From contig NC_073387.1 in the NCBI RefSeq assembly GCF_028641065.1, positions 39,556,001 through 39,620,000 on the forward strand: a DNA stretch of 64,000 nucleotides. Reading direction: 5' to 3'. This DNA is from Leucoraja erinacea (taxonomy: Eukaryota). The notes beneath the pieces are model-generated. The model did no database searches. It saw only the letters and a program-made list of their open reading frames with translations, and had not been told where the DNA came from. Position numbers and translations under genes: made by a program. This document shows, one piece after another, positions 51,581 to 63,834 of the stretch (the first letter of the stretch is position 1; each line of letters opens with the position of its first letter).

Positions 51581-52716
51581 AGTGTGTGTGTATATATAGG
51601 CATATATACATATATATCTGTATGTATATGTATGTATGTGTATATATATATGTATGTGTGTAATTTGATATTGATATTAGTAATTTACTAATTTGTAATT
51701 AGTAATTTGCGTTACATATGGTTTGAGGCAATATAAAGCATTGTTTTGTAAAAAGTACACTGATATATGTCAGGCATTTTAACTTAGCAGTAGTTACCAT
51801 CTTCAATGGTGACATTTCAAATCTCTTAGCCATGATGTAGATCATGTTACCTTGACTTCCCAGATCTTGTGTGAATTTTATATCATTGAAATAAATTGGT
51901 TATATTCAGGCAACAGGAAAGCGATCTATTTTATCAAGCTACAGCCAGAGGGAGGGTTTGAGAATTACACTTAATCTGCTTGAACAACTGATTAATATTC
52001 CAATAAGAATTGTAAGTGCTTCCAAATTAAAAATACATTCAAAATGTCAAATTAACCCACTGAAGTTGACAATAATTCCATTAATTTGTGTGATTAATAT
52101 TTTAATAACTTCAATTGCATTCAAATGAAAAATACAATTAAATTGTCACATTAGTAATGTTATATGGAAAGTAAAAATCTGTTAAATTCTGCTTAGCAGG
52201 TGTGGTGTGAAAATAATTGAATAAATAAAAAAAGATCATAATCCATTAATAGAATACTGTAAGAATACTGGAACAGGGGGTGATTAATTTTGATAGCAAT
52301 AAACATAGTTAAATAACCCAAGCTGATTTTTGTTTGTCAGCAAAATGAAAGATTATGGATCCTGTCAATCTTAGAACAATTCTTCCAATACGATGAGACA
52401 ACACTTCTCATAATTCAATGTAATTGCTACACTAATCATTTGACATTCATGCCATTTGACACCTGCTGTTTTGCAGAAAGAAAAGAGCTTTGATGTGGTA
52501 TTTAAATTAGTGTATTTGTTTCTTGTATTTTTACAACACAATAATGAGTCTGTTTTACATTTTCTTTTATTCTGCATTTTCAGATTTATTTGAAGTTTCT
52601 TTACTTAATTCTTTCTTTCTATGGGAGTTTGCATGTAATATTTTAACTGCATTCATCATAAATCAGAAATATCTATTGGTGGTAAAAGAAGGTGTGTACC
52701 ATCTTGAAATGCAGTG

Positions 52717-52858
52717 GTCCTCTTCTTCTTGCGTATGGTGTGCACAAACTAAAGTTGTAGGACAACTTGTTCTATTTGATCTTATTTGATTGTGCACGCC
52801 AGGTTGATTGCATTTGTCGAAACAGAGTGACCACGTGAAGGTTGCAATCTCCCACCCC
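52717..52858 (-). mobile_element. Short ribozyme-headed retroposon, copy 1
   Basis: AAATGCAGTG TSD at 52707-16 and 52859-68; (GAA)n tail; second copy at 63704-63834. Confidence 0.85.
52806..52858 (-). ncRNA. Minimal HDV/CPEB3-like ribozyme fold
   Basis: GGGGTGG-GA-GATTGCA-ACC-TTCACGT-GGT-CACTCT-GT-TTCG-ACAAA-TGCAATC reads as P1,P2,P3,L3,P3',P1',short P4,J4/2 with C,P2'. Confidence 0.75.
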
Positions 52859-53009
52859 AAATGCAGTGTTGAGTCATGAGGAGTATAATTTGAATCTTGG
52901 TAATTGAGGAGTATAGTGTGCAGACAGTGCCTTTCACAATTGGGTTAGAATCCAGCCAAGAAAAATGGAATGAAAGGTTCTTTTGTTTTGCTAAATAGAT
53001 TAGTAAATG

Positions 53010-53137
53010 GAGACACAAGAGACTACAGTTGCTGGAGTTTTGAGCGAAACCCAGTGCTGAATGAACTCAAAGGGTCAAACAGCATCTGTGGAGGGAATGG
53101 ACCGGTAACATTTCAGGTCAGGACCCTTCATCAGATG
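53010..53137 (-). mobile_element. Penelope terminal fragment with hammerhead motif CTGATGA..GAAATGTT (53104-53136)
   Basis: Minus strand CTGATGAAGGGTCCTGACCTGAAATGTTACC. Confidence 0.6.
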
Positions 53138-53486
53138 AGTAAATGGATTTGAATAGTGTAACCTGGATGTTGCATTGTAATAATTCACAAAAAAATTAAC
53201 ATATTTTTGTGCATCATTGGAGATATACACCAGCCTGTTAAAGAAACTGACATTGAAGGTGAAACTGTTAGAAATCTTGGCACCAATTTCATGCCACTTG
53301 AGAAAAGTTATTGTCTCAAACATTCCTCATCAAAAGAGAACAGAGAGTATTAAATTAATTGAATTCTGGGGTGAGTTACTGCTGTGGATTTATTTTTCAG
53401 AAATATTATTGGATCCTTCTTTTTGGGATCACCCTCACATTTTAAGAGTTTTTTTTAAATTGGCAACTCCATCTGCTTATTACTTA

Positions 53487-53805
53487 AAACCCTGTCCCAC
53501 TGTACGAGTTCATTCAAGAGTTCTCCCGAGTTTTGCCCTGATTCGAACTCGGAGATTTACGGTAATGGCTGCACGTAGGTACTCGGGGCTCTCGTGGACA
53601 TTTTTCAACATGTTGAAAAATTCTCACGAGTCTTCCCGGGCTTACTGCGTTTCTCGAGTACCTGCCGTTAGCGTTACGAGCCGCTAAGAGACATCCCCAA
53701 GCTCTGACGTACCCGCTATGTTCATTCTTCGTGCTTACCACGAGTTTAATTTGTTTTTAAACTTGGGAGAGCATTTGAATGAACTCGTACAGCGGGACAG
53801 GGCTA
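53487..53805. mobile_element. PIF/Harbinger-type MITE
   Basis: TIR CCCTGTCCCACTGTACGAGTTCATTCAA; TTA TSD at 53484-86 and 53806-08. Confidence 0.88.
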
Positions 53806-54342
53806 TTAGAACGCTGTCAGATATTTCGTCATTATGTTGCAGATCTTAAGCAACTAAGGCTTAAACAAAAGTGGGCCTTGTGAGCAGGTTTTTGAAGCTC
53901 CTTTTTCAAGTGGGAATAGGCTGGTGAATAATGACACAACTTTCCCAGCTCTGCAATTCTCTAAATGGCAGGCACTTATAGAAATCTTCAAAACAACCTT
54001 AGTGAGTGTTCCTCCATTAGTTATAGCATGGGATCTCAATATTAGCAGTAGAAGGATTTCAAAACAGCAGAACAATTTGTCTTGCAAGTGACAGGAAAAT
54101 ACACAAAGTGCACTCCCATTATTGAGGTTCAACAGCCACATTAAATAGAACTTCACAAGACCTATCAACTGCAATGCAGAAGAAAATATACATCACCTTG
54201 CTATGAGCGTTAACACTATCAGAAGATACATTGTATTGAACAGCTCTCTTGAATTTTAGAGTAGGGTAGAGTTGAGTCAAAGATGAATTTAAATCTGATC
54301 CTTTATTGTGATTTTACACGAGTAAACCGGAAATATATATAT

Positions 54343-54903
54343 AGGCATTTCAATTCAAGCACAGGGCAGGCCAAACAGCTCATTGCATTTTCATTTCATT
54401 TCCATTTCCATTGCAGTTTCAAGCACAGTGCATTTTCATTTCATTTCCATTTCCATTGCAGTTTCAAGCACAGGGCAGGCCAAAAATATCATTGCATTTT
54501 CATTAAGGCCAACAAGTCATTTATATTGCAGGCTCACATATCAGTTGATTCACAGCTTAGAATCACAGCTGTGGACTCTCGCTCGCTTCTTCCAGAGTGA
54601 CTGACTCGCGTCCAGGCATCTGGGGTCTGATAGTCCTACCCCCCCCCCCCCGCGGAAGGGGCATTACCTTCATCGTGGTAATTGACAGGCGGGAGGATCA
54701 ATCAGCTGATCTCAAGATTTTTTGAACACTCATAACTCTTTTATTTTTAATTGATCGGAAAAATCCTTGGGGCTACCTCAGCGGAGGAGGACTGTGAGTA
54801 AGGTGGACCAAAAAAATCATAGCGATATAGGGTAGCTTTTTTTCTAAAATCAATATGTAGCGCAGACAGGAAGTGGTCAAGATGAGGCTTTTAGTTATAT
54901 GGA
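54343..54903 (-). mobile_element. 3'-truncated Helitron, same family as 37856
   Basis: A|TCCATATAACTAAAAG start; colinear with 37856-38410. Confidence 0.8.
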
Positions 54904-56289
54904 TATGGAGAAAGAGAGAGGGAGAGAGATATGAATCTGATATCATTGAGCTGAATGTATCCTTGGATGTGGTCATTTTAAAGGCAATACATTATTTTAA
55001 TCAAAAGGAGGAGGTAGAATGTATTTATTAATTTGCTACTCCAGGTTCTCTGATATGAACTGCACTGTCACCACTGATTCAGCTCAAAACAGATGCTGAG
55101 ACATTAGACTTTTGGTACCATAACAAATAAAGTGTAGATTTGGGTTGTTTCTCACTGCAGCATTATATACCAACTGATCATTCATTGCTGGAAAGACCAA
55201 GATAGATTTAAACTGACCATTTCCAACCACATTATCACCACATTATCAATCACATTGTCTAAAAGTGATATCTGGTGAGAGAGTTGTAGCCGGCCCCCCC
55301 CAAATAACACTAAGAATAAACTCGTTCAGAAACACCAATTTGTGGCATCCTGTCATAACAGTTTCTGTTCTCACCATACACAAAAAAACAGTTGTTAAGA
55401 TTCTCTGGCACCAAGTTCCCCTTGTCAACGTAACTGATAGTCAGGTATTGTTACTGTAAATAATTCTTACATCCCTTCAAGACTTATTCTTGTAAACAAC
55501 GCAAAAGTGAAGCGGGTGTAGACTGAAGATTCCCGAGATTGATTTCTATTAGACAGATTGTCACTGACAGTTGGAGAAGGATTCTCGGCAGGCATGTGTG
55601 TGGAGTGACAATGTGTAGATTGTTTTGTCGCACCTCCAACATAAATCTGCAAAAGTAAATATAGGATTAGGAATTGAAACAAGTCCAATAAAACAAGACG
55701 CGATGTTGTAAACAAGATGCATTTTGAGTACATTTCTGGGTGCCCCATGACCTGTCTGTGAATCTGCATCCCTATTTATCAGTGGCGGTCTTCACAATCC
55801 TCTGTGTCCTTCTTTGTAAACCAGCACCTGCAGATCCTTGTTTCCACTCTAAGTTTTACTACCCCTGTTTTACCCTGAAACCATGCTAATTATACATCAA
55901 CTTCAAATGTACTCAGCATGCTTACCAAGACCCCTGACCTACTATAACCACAAATGTAAACTCACTAGACAGGCTTTCCAATGGATTTCTGATTCAATGT
56001 CAGCTTTCAATCCTCATGATTATTCCTGGATGCTGTTGTTAATCTCTACCATATTATTCACAACTTCTCACTCACTGCTACATTAAGGGGATTACCCCCA
56101 AATTTATAGCCAAAGAGGGAGGATTTCATCTATTTTTCCCTTGCCTCACAAGAGTAAAGAGACTGGGCTTATCATTTACCTGTTGAGCAGCCTTCTCCAT
56201 ACCACAGCCATTCAGCGAGTCCAGAGACCTCTATGGTCATAGACCTGATGTACCTCCAATGATTCTAGCTGTAAATACTGTCCAGTAAT

Positions 56290-56510
56290 CCCAGTACACT
56301 AGTTCTATCCTACAGACTACGGACAAGTTACAGAAGCCTATTAACATACAAACATGCATATCTTTGAGCATGGGAGGAAACCAGAGCACCTTGAGAAAAC
56401 ACACATGGTCACAGGAAGAATGTACAAACTCTATACAGACAGCACCTGTGGTCATGATCAAACCCGGGTCTCTGGCACTGTAAGGCAGCAACTGTGCCAA
56501 TGTGCCACCT
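56290..56510 (-). mobile_element. HE1-like SINE
   Basis: SINE consensus. Confidence 0.8.
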
Positions 56511-59497
56511 TAATTTTGGTGAGCAAGTGTATACTTCTATTTGAATGGTGCATTAGTATAAGGCTAAAATCAATGAATAGTTTCATTCTTCACCAGAAAG
56601 TTAAATGAAGCCAAACACTACCAAATATCACTAAATTAAGGGGTTAGACCAAGCTGGTCATAAGCCTCAGGTCTCTTGGAAATGTACAAATCTCATAATT
56701 AACTTGACAATTGGAATTCTGCCATCTTTATGACAATTCCTTTGTGAAAATAGACTTGTCTTTGACCAGGTATTAGGAATGGTTCCATAATGCCATTCCA
56801 CAGTCAAGAATATTCACTGTAATAATTGTCTTTCCACTCTGAGATCCCTTTGACTTCATTTGTTTAACACTATTCATGCCTTCTCTAACAAGTACAAACA
56901 TAACATCCTCCCATCTAACCATTCAACTCAATTTTTTCCCTCAATTTGTCCTTTCCTAATTGATGCTGGCTATGACTATTTTTTGTTCAGATGCATTTTT
57001 AGAAAACATAGAAAATTGAAAATAGGTGCAGGTGGAGGCAATTCGGCCCTTCGAGACAGATATATGAATATGTCAGTGGCAAAATAACCATTTAATCCAT
57101 TAAGCTTATCTGCTGCAAATGGTGGCTGGAGTATTATTATTACACACTTTATCTGCAAAGATCTGTGATGTTCCCTCCACAGCTTGTTGAGATTTTGTTA
57201 TCTCCATTGTGAACTCCCTGCCAATTGACCCCATCACTATTAATTTCATTTTACATTTCATTTGCCTTTTCAGCTGTTGGTTTCATCCTAAGAATCACCT
57301 GAGTTTGCTTCAGTTGTGACCCCCCCAACTTGCTTAGATCAGAGAACTGAGTGCTTTCTGTATTTAAGATTCATACAGGTGATTCTACTGAAAGAGAAAA
57401 CATTAGATCCATTGGATTTAACTACTGAAGCATTATTTGAGTTACTGATACTAATGATTTAACTACTGATATTATTTGACTTTGATTCAATGAGCACCAA
57501 CAAAGTGGGATTCTTAATTAATAATAGTAAATGGCTTAATGTATGTAATAAAAAAAATTATATCTTGTCCACGTTTTTTTTATCGTTGCATTTAAAACAT
57601 CACATCCACAAAAGGTGACCTGGATAATATCTAATGTACAGATATTTTGAAAAACTCACAAAAAACAAACAAAAGCCATTCATATAGCTTTTTAAGGCAA
57701 TGCTTTATTCTTTGATGTTTATACATTACTTTCAGATTATTTTGATCAGTCTTCTCTTTTTAATCAGCCAACCTTTGCAGTAATCATATTATTAATAGCA
57801 AATTGTTCCCAAACTCTGTGCCAAATTCCATTTCAATTGGCACATGTTAAATACTGATCAAACTTTTTAACGGTTTTAAAATAGCGAGAGTATTTCTCTT
57901 CAGAATTTATAATAGATATTTAAAGTACCAAATAGATGGCATGATAGATAAACAGCAAAAAATTTGTCTGATATAAAATGTAATTGACAAAGAATAGCTG
58001 TGTTCATTGTTTTGTTTTGATAGAATTATGTGTCTGCATTCTACGGGAATTATTCATCAAAACCATGTAATGCCATTACCTTTCCAATAGTACTTAAGTG
58101 TAAAGCAAAGTGATTTTCATGTTGTCACCATAGGAACATTTATTTTATCTTCATAGATTTAGTCATTATACTAGTTATTAAATAAACAAGTTTTAATAAG
58201 GTTCAGAGTAGGATATCAGACAGCCGTCCTATATATGGGGAAGTAAGTATATGATTAAGCAGAAAATGTACAGTAGGTTGGGCATCATCTGAGGGAAGAG
58301 AAATAATATTACCATTTCCTACATATCCTGCTTCTATTTCAGTTTTCCAACACCTGTATTTTTGAATTACTATAATTAAGCTATTGACAAAATAAAATCG
58401 AGTTAAAGGGATATATGATGCAATTACACTTTTTTTGCAGCATCCCTCATGTGGTAAATACAATGAAAGAGGAAACCTCTGGTGTCAAGATTACAATTAT
58501 TTTTTACTTTCTACACTCCAAGTCTTTTTGTAGTGACTACTCAAAATTCAACTTTTCAGACTATTGTGATTTTGCAGACACAGGGAAAATGAATGCACTT
58601 GTGGTTGACCTTGGAATGCCTCTGTTATGGAGCATCTCTGGTGTCCTCACTTCACCCATTATGGGTTATTTCACCCATTCAGCTAAATAGCCAAATACAC
58701 TGAAGAACTTTTGTGGGCAGCAAATCAGGAAGTAAATGGCATATTGTTTAATTAAAATGTAGCACAAAATAAAGATTGGATGATCCAAGCTAAATGAAAG
58801 CAGAAGCTAAAATACTAAGAACTAATAAAAAAATTCAAACACATTATATTTTAAAATATTTATTTGTTGGAATTAGATTTTAAGTCAAGAGATACTTAAA
58901 ACAAATTGTAGCTCAGAACAACAGTAAAACACCTACATCTCTGAGATGAGGTGCCAATGGAAACAGAATTTGACTTAGAATATATGAATAATCTGCTACT
59001 AATTATCACTAAGGATGGGTGATTAAAAAGAGAAGAATCTATAAGTAAAGTTTTCTTTAAAGGAGGAATAGGTAACTAACCAGAAATACATTTCCAGAGT
59101 ATTTTACAACAAGATAATAGATATTTTATTTGGTGACCATCGGACTATCCTTGATCAGACTTTGCTGGCTTTACCTTCCATTAAACATTATTCCTTTATC
59201 ATGTATCCTTACACTGTAAATTGATCGATTGTAATCATGTATTGTCTTTCTGCTGACTGGTTAGCAGGCAACAGAAGTGTTTCACTGTACCTCAGTACAC
59301 GTGGCAATAAACTAAACTGAACTGAAAGTCGTGCTTGGAGAAATCAATTGAAGTCTGGAGAAATATCAGAGACAGAGCCTTATCTGACTTGAAGGAAATC
59401 ACAAACACGAACATCAGGATTTTTGCATTTAACTGTAAGTGAGAATAATCCAGGGATTCATGACCACATTACCAAGTATTAACATTGAACATGGTTA

Positions 59498-59594
59498 TAC
59501 ACAAAATGCTGGAGTAACTCAGCGGGACAGGCAGCATCTCTGGAGAGAAGGAATGAGTAACGTTTTGGGTCGAGACCCTTCATCAGACTCATGG
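59498..59594 (-). mobile_element. Solo Penelope terminal fragment with hammerhead motif (59555-59590) and TSD
   Basis: TGAACATGGTTA repeated at 59486-97 and 59595-606; GAGT-CTGATGA-A-GGGTC tc GACCC-AAAACGTT-ACTC. Confidence 0.75.
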
Positions 59595-59642
59595 TGAACA
59601 TGGTTAGTTCTCCAACTAGAGAGAGTTGGATGTGGCTCTTAA

Positions 59643-60220
59643 AGGGCCTGTCCCACTTGGAGGAACTAATCCACGAGTTTAGAAGAACCTAGACGAGTTG
59701 AAAAAAATGTCAAGGTTGTGTTGACTCGCCAAAGTAAAATACCTCCTACGACCTCCTACGACTATGTCTACGACCTCCTACGACTATGTCTACGACCTCC
59801 TATGACTATGTCTACCCTCCTGTGACCCCCTCGACCTCAGTCTTCCACACTAAGACCAACTACGACTAGCTACGAGTGGAAAATGATCACATGATAAAAT
59901 GATGTCATGTTTGCATTTTTTTTCTCGGGCCAGTTACAGACCTACGACTACCTATGACTACCATCACGACCAACTACGACCTACCTACGACCTAAAAGTA
60001 TAAATTTTTTCCATGCCAATCTGTTTATTTACTCGTGGACATTTTTTATCAGGCTGGGAAAAACGCTGCGATCTACTTGAGGCCACGAGTTCGCGGAGAC
60101 CACTCACGAGCAAGAATTATGAAGACCTCCTTCGACCTCGTGGCAACCATACTGCGAGTATGAGTCAAGGGCAAACTTGGCAGAGGTCGCCAATTAGGTC
60201 GTGAAAGTGGGACAGGGGAT
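59643..60220. mobile_element. PIF/Harbinger-type MITE inserted in a CR1 3' end (~59612-60365), with internal CTACGAC repeats
   Basis: CCTGTCCCACT core at both ends; TAA TSD at 59640-42 and 60221-23. Confidence 0.85.
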
Positions 60221-60896
60221 TAAGGCTGACAAAATCATGGGATATGGGGTGAAAGCAGGAACGGCGTACTGATTCTGGATGATCAGCCATGATCATGTTG
60301 AATGGTGCTGCTGGCTCGAAGGGGTGAATGGCCTACTCCTGCACCTATTTTCTATGTTTCTATTGTATTGCAGAAATTCAGGTTCAGATTACTGCTATGA
60401 GTCATAGTTTCTTGGGACATTTTGACTAACAGGAATGCGAAGCATGATTATCTGCATGAGTGGAAGAAATTCAGATGGAAAATATATTTTTTTGTTTCTG
60501 TGGTAGCTATATCCTCCCTTAATTAAAAAATTATGATGTCATGTCTCAGAGGATACCAAGGCCAAAAATAATTTACATTTGGTAATTCCATATACCTGTA
60601 TGATGTTTTACAACAATTTTAGTTGCTCATTGAACTAAATGCCTGCAGAATACTTTAAAGATGTAGCATAACCGATAGAAACATTGAGTAAATTATAAAT
60701 ACTGCATGAGGTCTGCCTGTACTTAAATGCAATTATATTGTAAGGTAAACTGGAGGTTTGTAGTAATGGTCCACAGGAATCATCCTGGACATGGGTGAGT
60801 ATTCAGGTGCTGTTTAAATTTTAATTTGACTGTGGATTTGAAGGTCCTTTCTGCATCTCCCTGTTAACAATAAAAAAAAACTTCACCTTTATATTA

Positions 60897-61620
60897 AACA
60901 TAGACACATAGCAATATGGAAATTAGGTGCAGGAGTAGGCCATTCGGCCCTTCGAGCCTGCACCACCATTCAATATGATCATGGCTGATCAACCAACTCA
61001 GTATCCTGTACCTGCCTTCTCTCCATACCCCCTGATCCCTTTAGCCACAAGGGCCACATCTAACTTCCTCTTAAATATAGCCAATGAACTGGCCTCAATT
61101 ACCTTCTGTGGCAGAGGATTCCAGAGATTCACCACTCTCTGGGTTTCCTGGGTTTCAGCAACTAAGTTACAGAGAAAGGTTGAACAAGTTAGGGCTTTAT
61201 TCTTTGGAGTGCAGAAGGTTAAGGGCGGGACTTGATAGAGGTTTTTAAAATGATGAGAGGGATAGACAGAGTTGACGTGGAAAAGCTTTTCCCACTGAGA
61301 GTAGGGAACATTCAAACAAGGGGACATGACATGAGAATTAAGGGACTGAAGTTTAGGGGTAACATGAGGGGGAACTTCTTTACTCAGAGAGTGGTAGCTG
61401 TGTGGAATGATCTTCCAGTAAAGGTGGTGGAGGCAGGTTCGTTTTTATCATTTAAAAATAAATTGGATAGTTATATGGATGGGAAGGGAATGGAGGGTTA
61501 CGGTCTGAGCGCAGGTATATGGGACTAGGGGAGATTATGTGTTCGGCACGGACTAGAAGGGTCGAGAGGGCCTGTTTCCGTGCTGTAATTGTTATATGGT
61601 TATATGGTCTCTGTGTGAAA
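60897..61620. mobile_element. Minus CR1 3' end interrupted by a plus CR1 of another subfamily (61142-61607)
   Basis: TCTCTG TSD at 61136-41 and 61608-13; ORF 61232-61528; (TATATGGT)n tail. Confidence 0.85.
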
Positions 61621-61841
61621 CTCTTTAATATAACCCTTGTTTTTTAATACTTTCAGGTTACAAAGCTCTTTACAACCAATAAGGTACAGCGACTCACAAA
61701 TTGTAAATGATTGTGATGAGAACATCTGTATTTTAATATAAATGTTGTTTGTGAGATAAAGATTGGCCAGGATAGCAGGAAAAACCGCTGCTGCTCGTCT
61801 TTCAAAATACCATGTTTTGAAATAAAAATATTTTGACTTCT

Positions 61842-62110
61842 GTTTTAGATTTTAGTTTTGAGATACAGTGTGGAAACAGGCCCCTCGACCCAGCGAGCCA
61901 GCAATCCCTGCACACATTAACACTATCCTACACACATTAGGGACAATTTACATTTACACCAAGCCAATTAACCTACAAACCTATATGTCGTTGTAGTGCT
62001 GGAGGAAGCTGAAGATCTCGGACAAACTTCGTACAGACTGCACCCGTGGTTGGGATCGAACCCGGGTCTCTGGTGCTGTAAGGCCACAACTGTACCGCTG
62101 CGCCACCCTA
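61842..62110 (-). mobile_element. HE1-like SINE
   Basis: SINE consensus. Confidence 0.8.
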
Positions 62111-63321
62111 TGAACTTTTTTTTTCCAGAATATATCCACAAACACACTTGTATGTCATTGAAGACAAAATATGACATGAAACCGTTCAATGTTACTGTTC
62201 CAAAAAGTATCTTTCTTTGCTTTGAAAAGCATTCTTTAATCTGTGAGTGGGAACTAGATACTATTTGAACAAGGCAGAGGAAAATGGGTTCATCATTAAA
62301 ATGAGAATTTTAATCAGTTAAACCATCACATGGTTTTAAATTACCTGAGAGTAACTTTATATAAAAAACGTGCAGATTAATGGGTAGTTGTACTGGGATA
62401 TTATAATCATATTCTTCAAAATGTAAAAACAAACAATTCAAAGTGGTAAAATATTCCCAGTGGTCCCCTTGCATTCAAACACATAATTTTACTTATGGAG
62501 TGACCTTAAAGGCCTTGAAAATAACACAATTGGAAGGAAATTCCAAAAGTGATAAATTATTCTGAAGCAATCGCTACATCGAGAGACTGAGCTCATTACA
62601 TTCGATAATACACGTCAAGCCTGTAAGAGATGTTTTAGAACATATAACAATACAGCACAGGACCAGGCCGTTTGGCCCACAATGTCTGTGCCAAACATGA
62701 TGACAAGATTAACCAACATCATCTGTCTACACATGCTCCATATCTCTCCATTCTCTGCATATCAATGTGCCTATCCAAAAACCTCTCAAACACAATTGTA
62801 TCTGCTCCCACCACCATCCCTGCCAACAGGTTCCTGGCACGCATTACACTATGTATACAAAACTAGCTCCACACTCTGCTAAACTTTGTCCATCTCACCA
62901 TAAACAGATGCATTCTAGCCTTTTACATTTCTATTCTGGAAAAAAAAGTTCTAACTGGCTATACTATCTATATTTCTTATTATTTATATACTTTCTGCAG
63001 CCCCAATGATTTCTTTGCTGCAGTTCTAAAGGCCACCAGTGGGCTGCCAGCCCTGTTTCCATGTTGAATCTCTCTACTTATATAAAATGCAGGCCTTCTC
63101 CTGTACTTTCACGACCATCCTTCCTGTACATCTCCCTTAAGCTGAATGATAACTGATATCAAGTTCAGTGGTCACCTCTCTTTAAGAAATATTGACATGA
63201 TGCAAATTAGCATAGATTACGTTTGGCTGATAAAACTATGAACTTTTAATCAGTGATAATAGAGAGAAAAATAACAATGTGAATGGTCCTCTTGCTTCGA
63301 GGCCTAGCATTCATGAGTAAA

Positions 63322-63632
63322 AGGGCAGCACGGTGGCACAGGGGTAGAGTTGCTGTCTTACAGCGCAAGTGTGCTTGGTCAGATCCTGACCACAGGTACT
63401 GTCTGTACGGAATTTGTACCTTCTCCCCGTGACCGTGTAGGTTTTCTCCAGAATCTCCAGTTTCCTCCCACACTTCAATGACGTAGAGGTTTGTAGGTTA
63501 ATTGGCTTGGTATAATTGTAAATTGTCATGTGTGTAGGATAGTGTTAGTGTGCTGGAATCGCTGGTCAGACCGTACCCGGTGGGCCGAAGGGCCTTTCTG
63601 TGCTATATCTCTAAACTAAACTAAACTAAACT
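63322..63632 (+). mobile_element. HE1-like SINE
   Basis: GGGCAGCACGGTGGCACAG head; (CTAAA)n tail. Confidence 0.85.
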
Positions 63633-63703
63633 ATAAAGATAGCAGTGTCAACATAAATGTACAGATCCCCAGGAGAGCACCATTTTTAACACATGCTTTT
63701 GTT

Positions 63704-63834
63704 CTTCTTCTGCTTACGTATGGCATGCACAACATAAAGTTGTGGGACAACTTGATCTTATTTTATTGTGCATGGCAGGTCGATTGCATTTGTTGAAACA
63801 GGGCGGACTACGTGAAGGTTGCAATCTCCCACCA
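63704..63834 (-). mobile_element. Short ribozyme-headed retroposon, copy 2
   Basis: TSD ATGCTTTTGTT/ATACTTTTGTT at 63693-703 and 63835-845; head GGTGG-GA-GATTGCA-ACC-TTCACGT-AGT-CCGCCCT-GT-TTCA-ACAAA-TGCAATC. Confidence 0.82.

Noticed and set aside
61658-61684. 27-nt micro-exon candidate (TTTCAG|..AAG|GTACAG)
   Set aside because: Such motifs arise by chance in 64 kb; peptide not recognised
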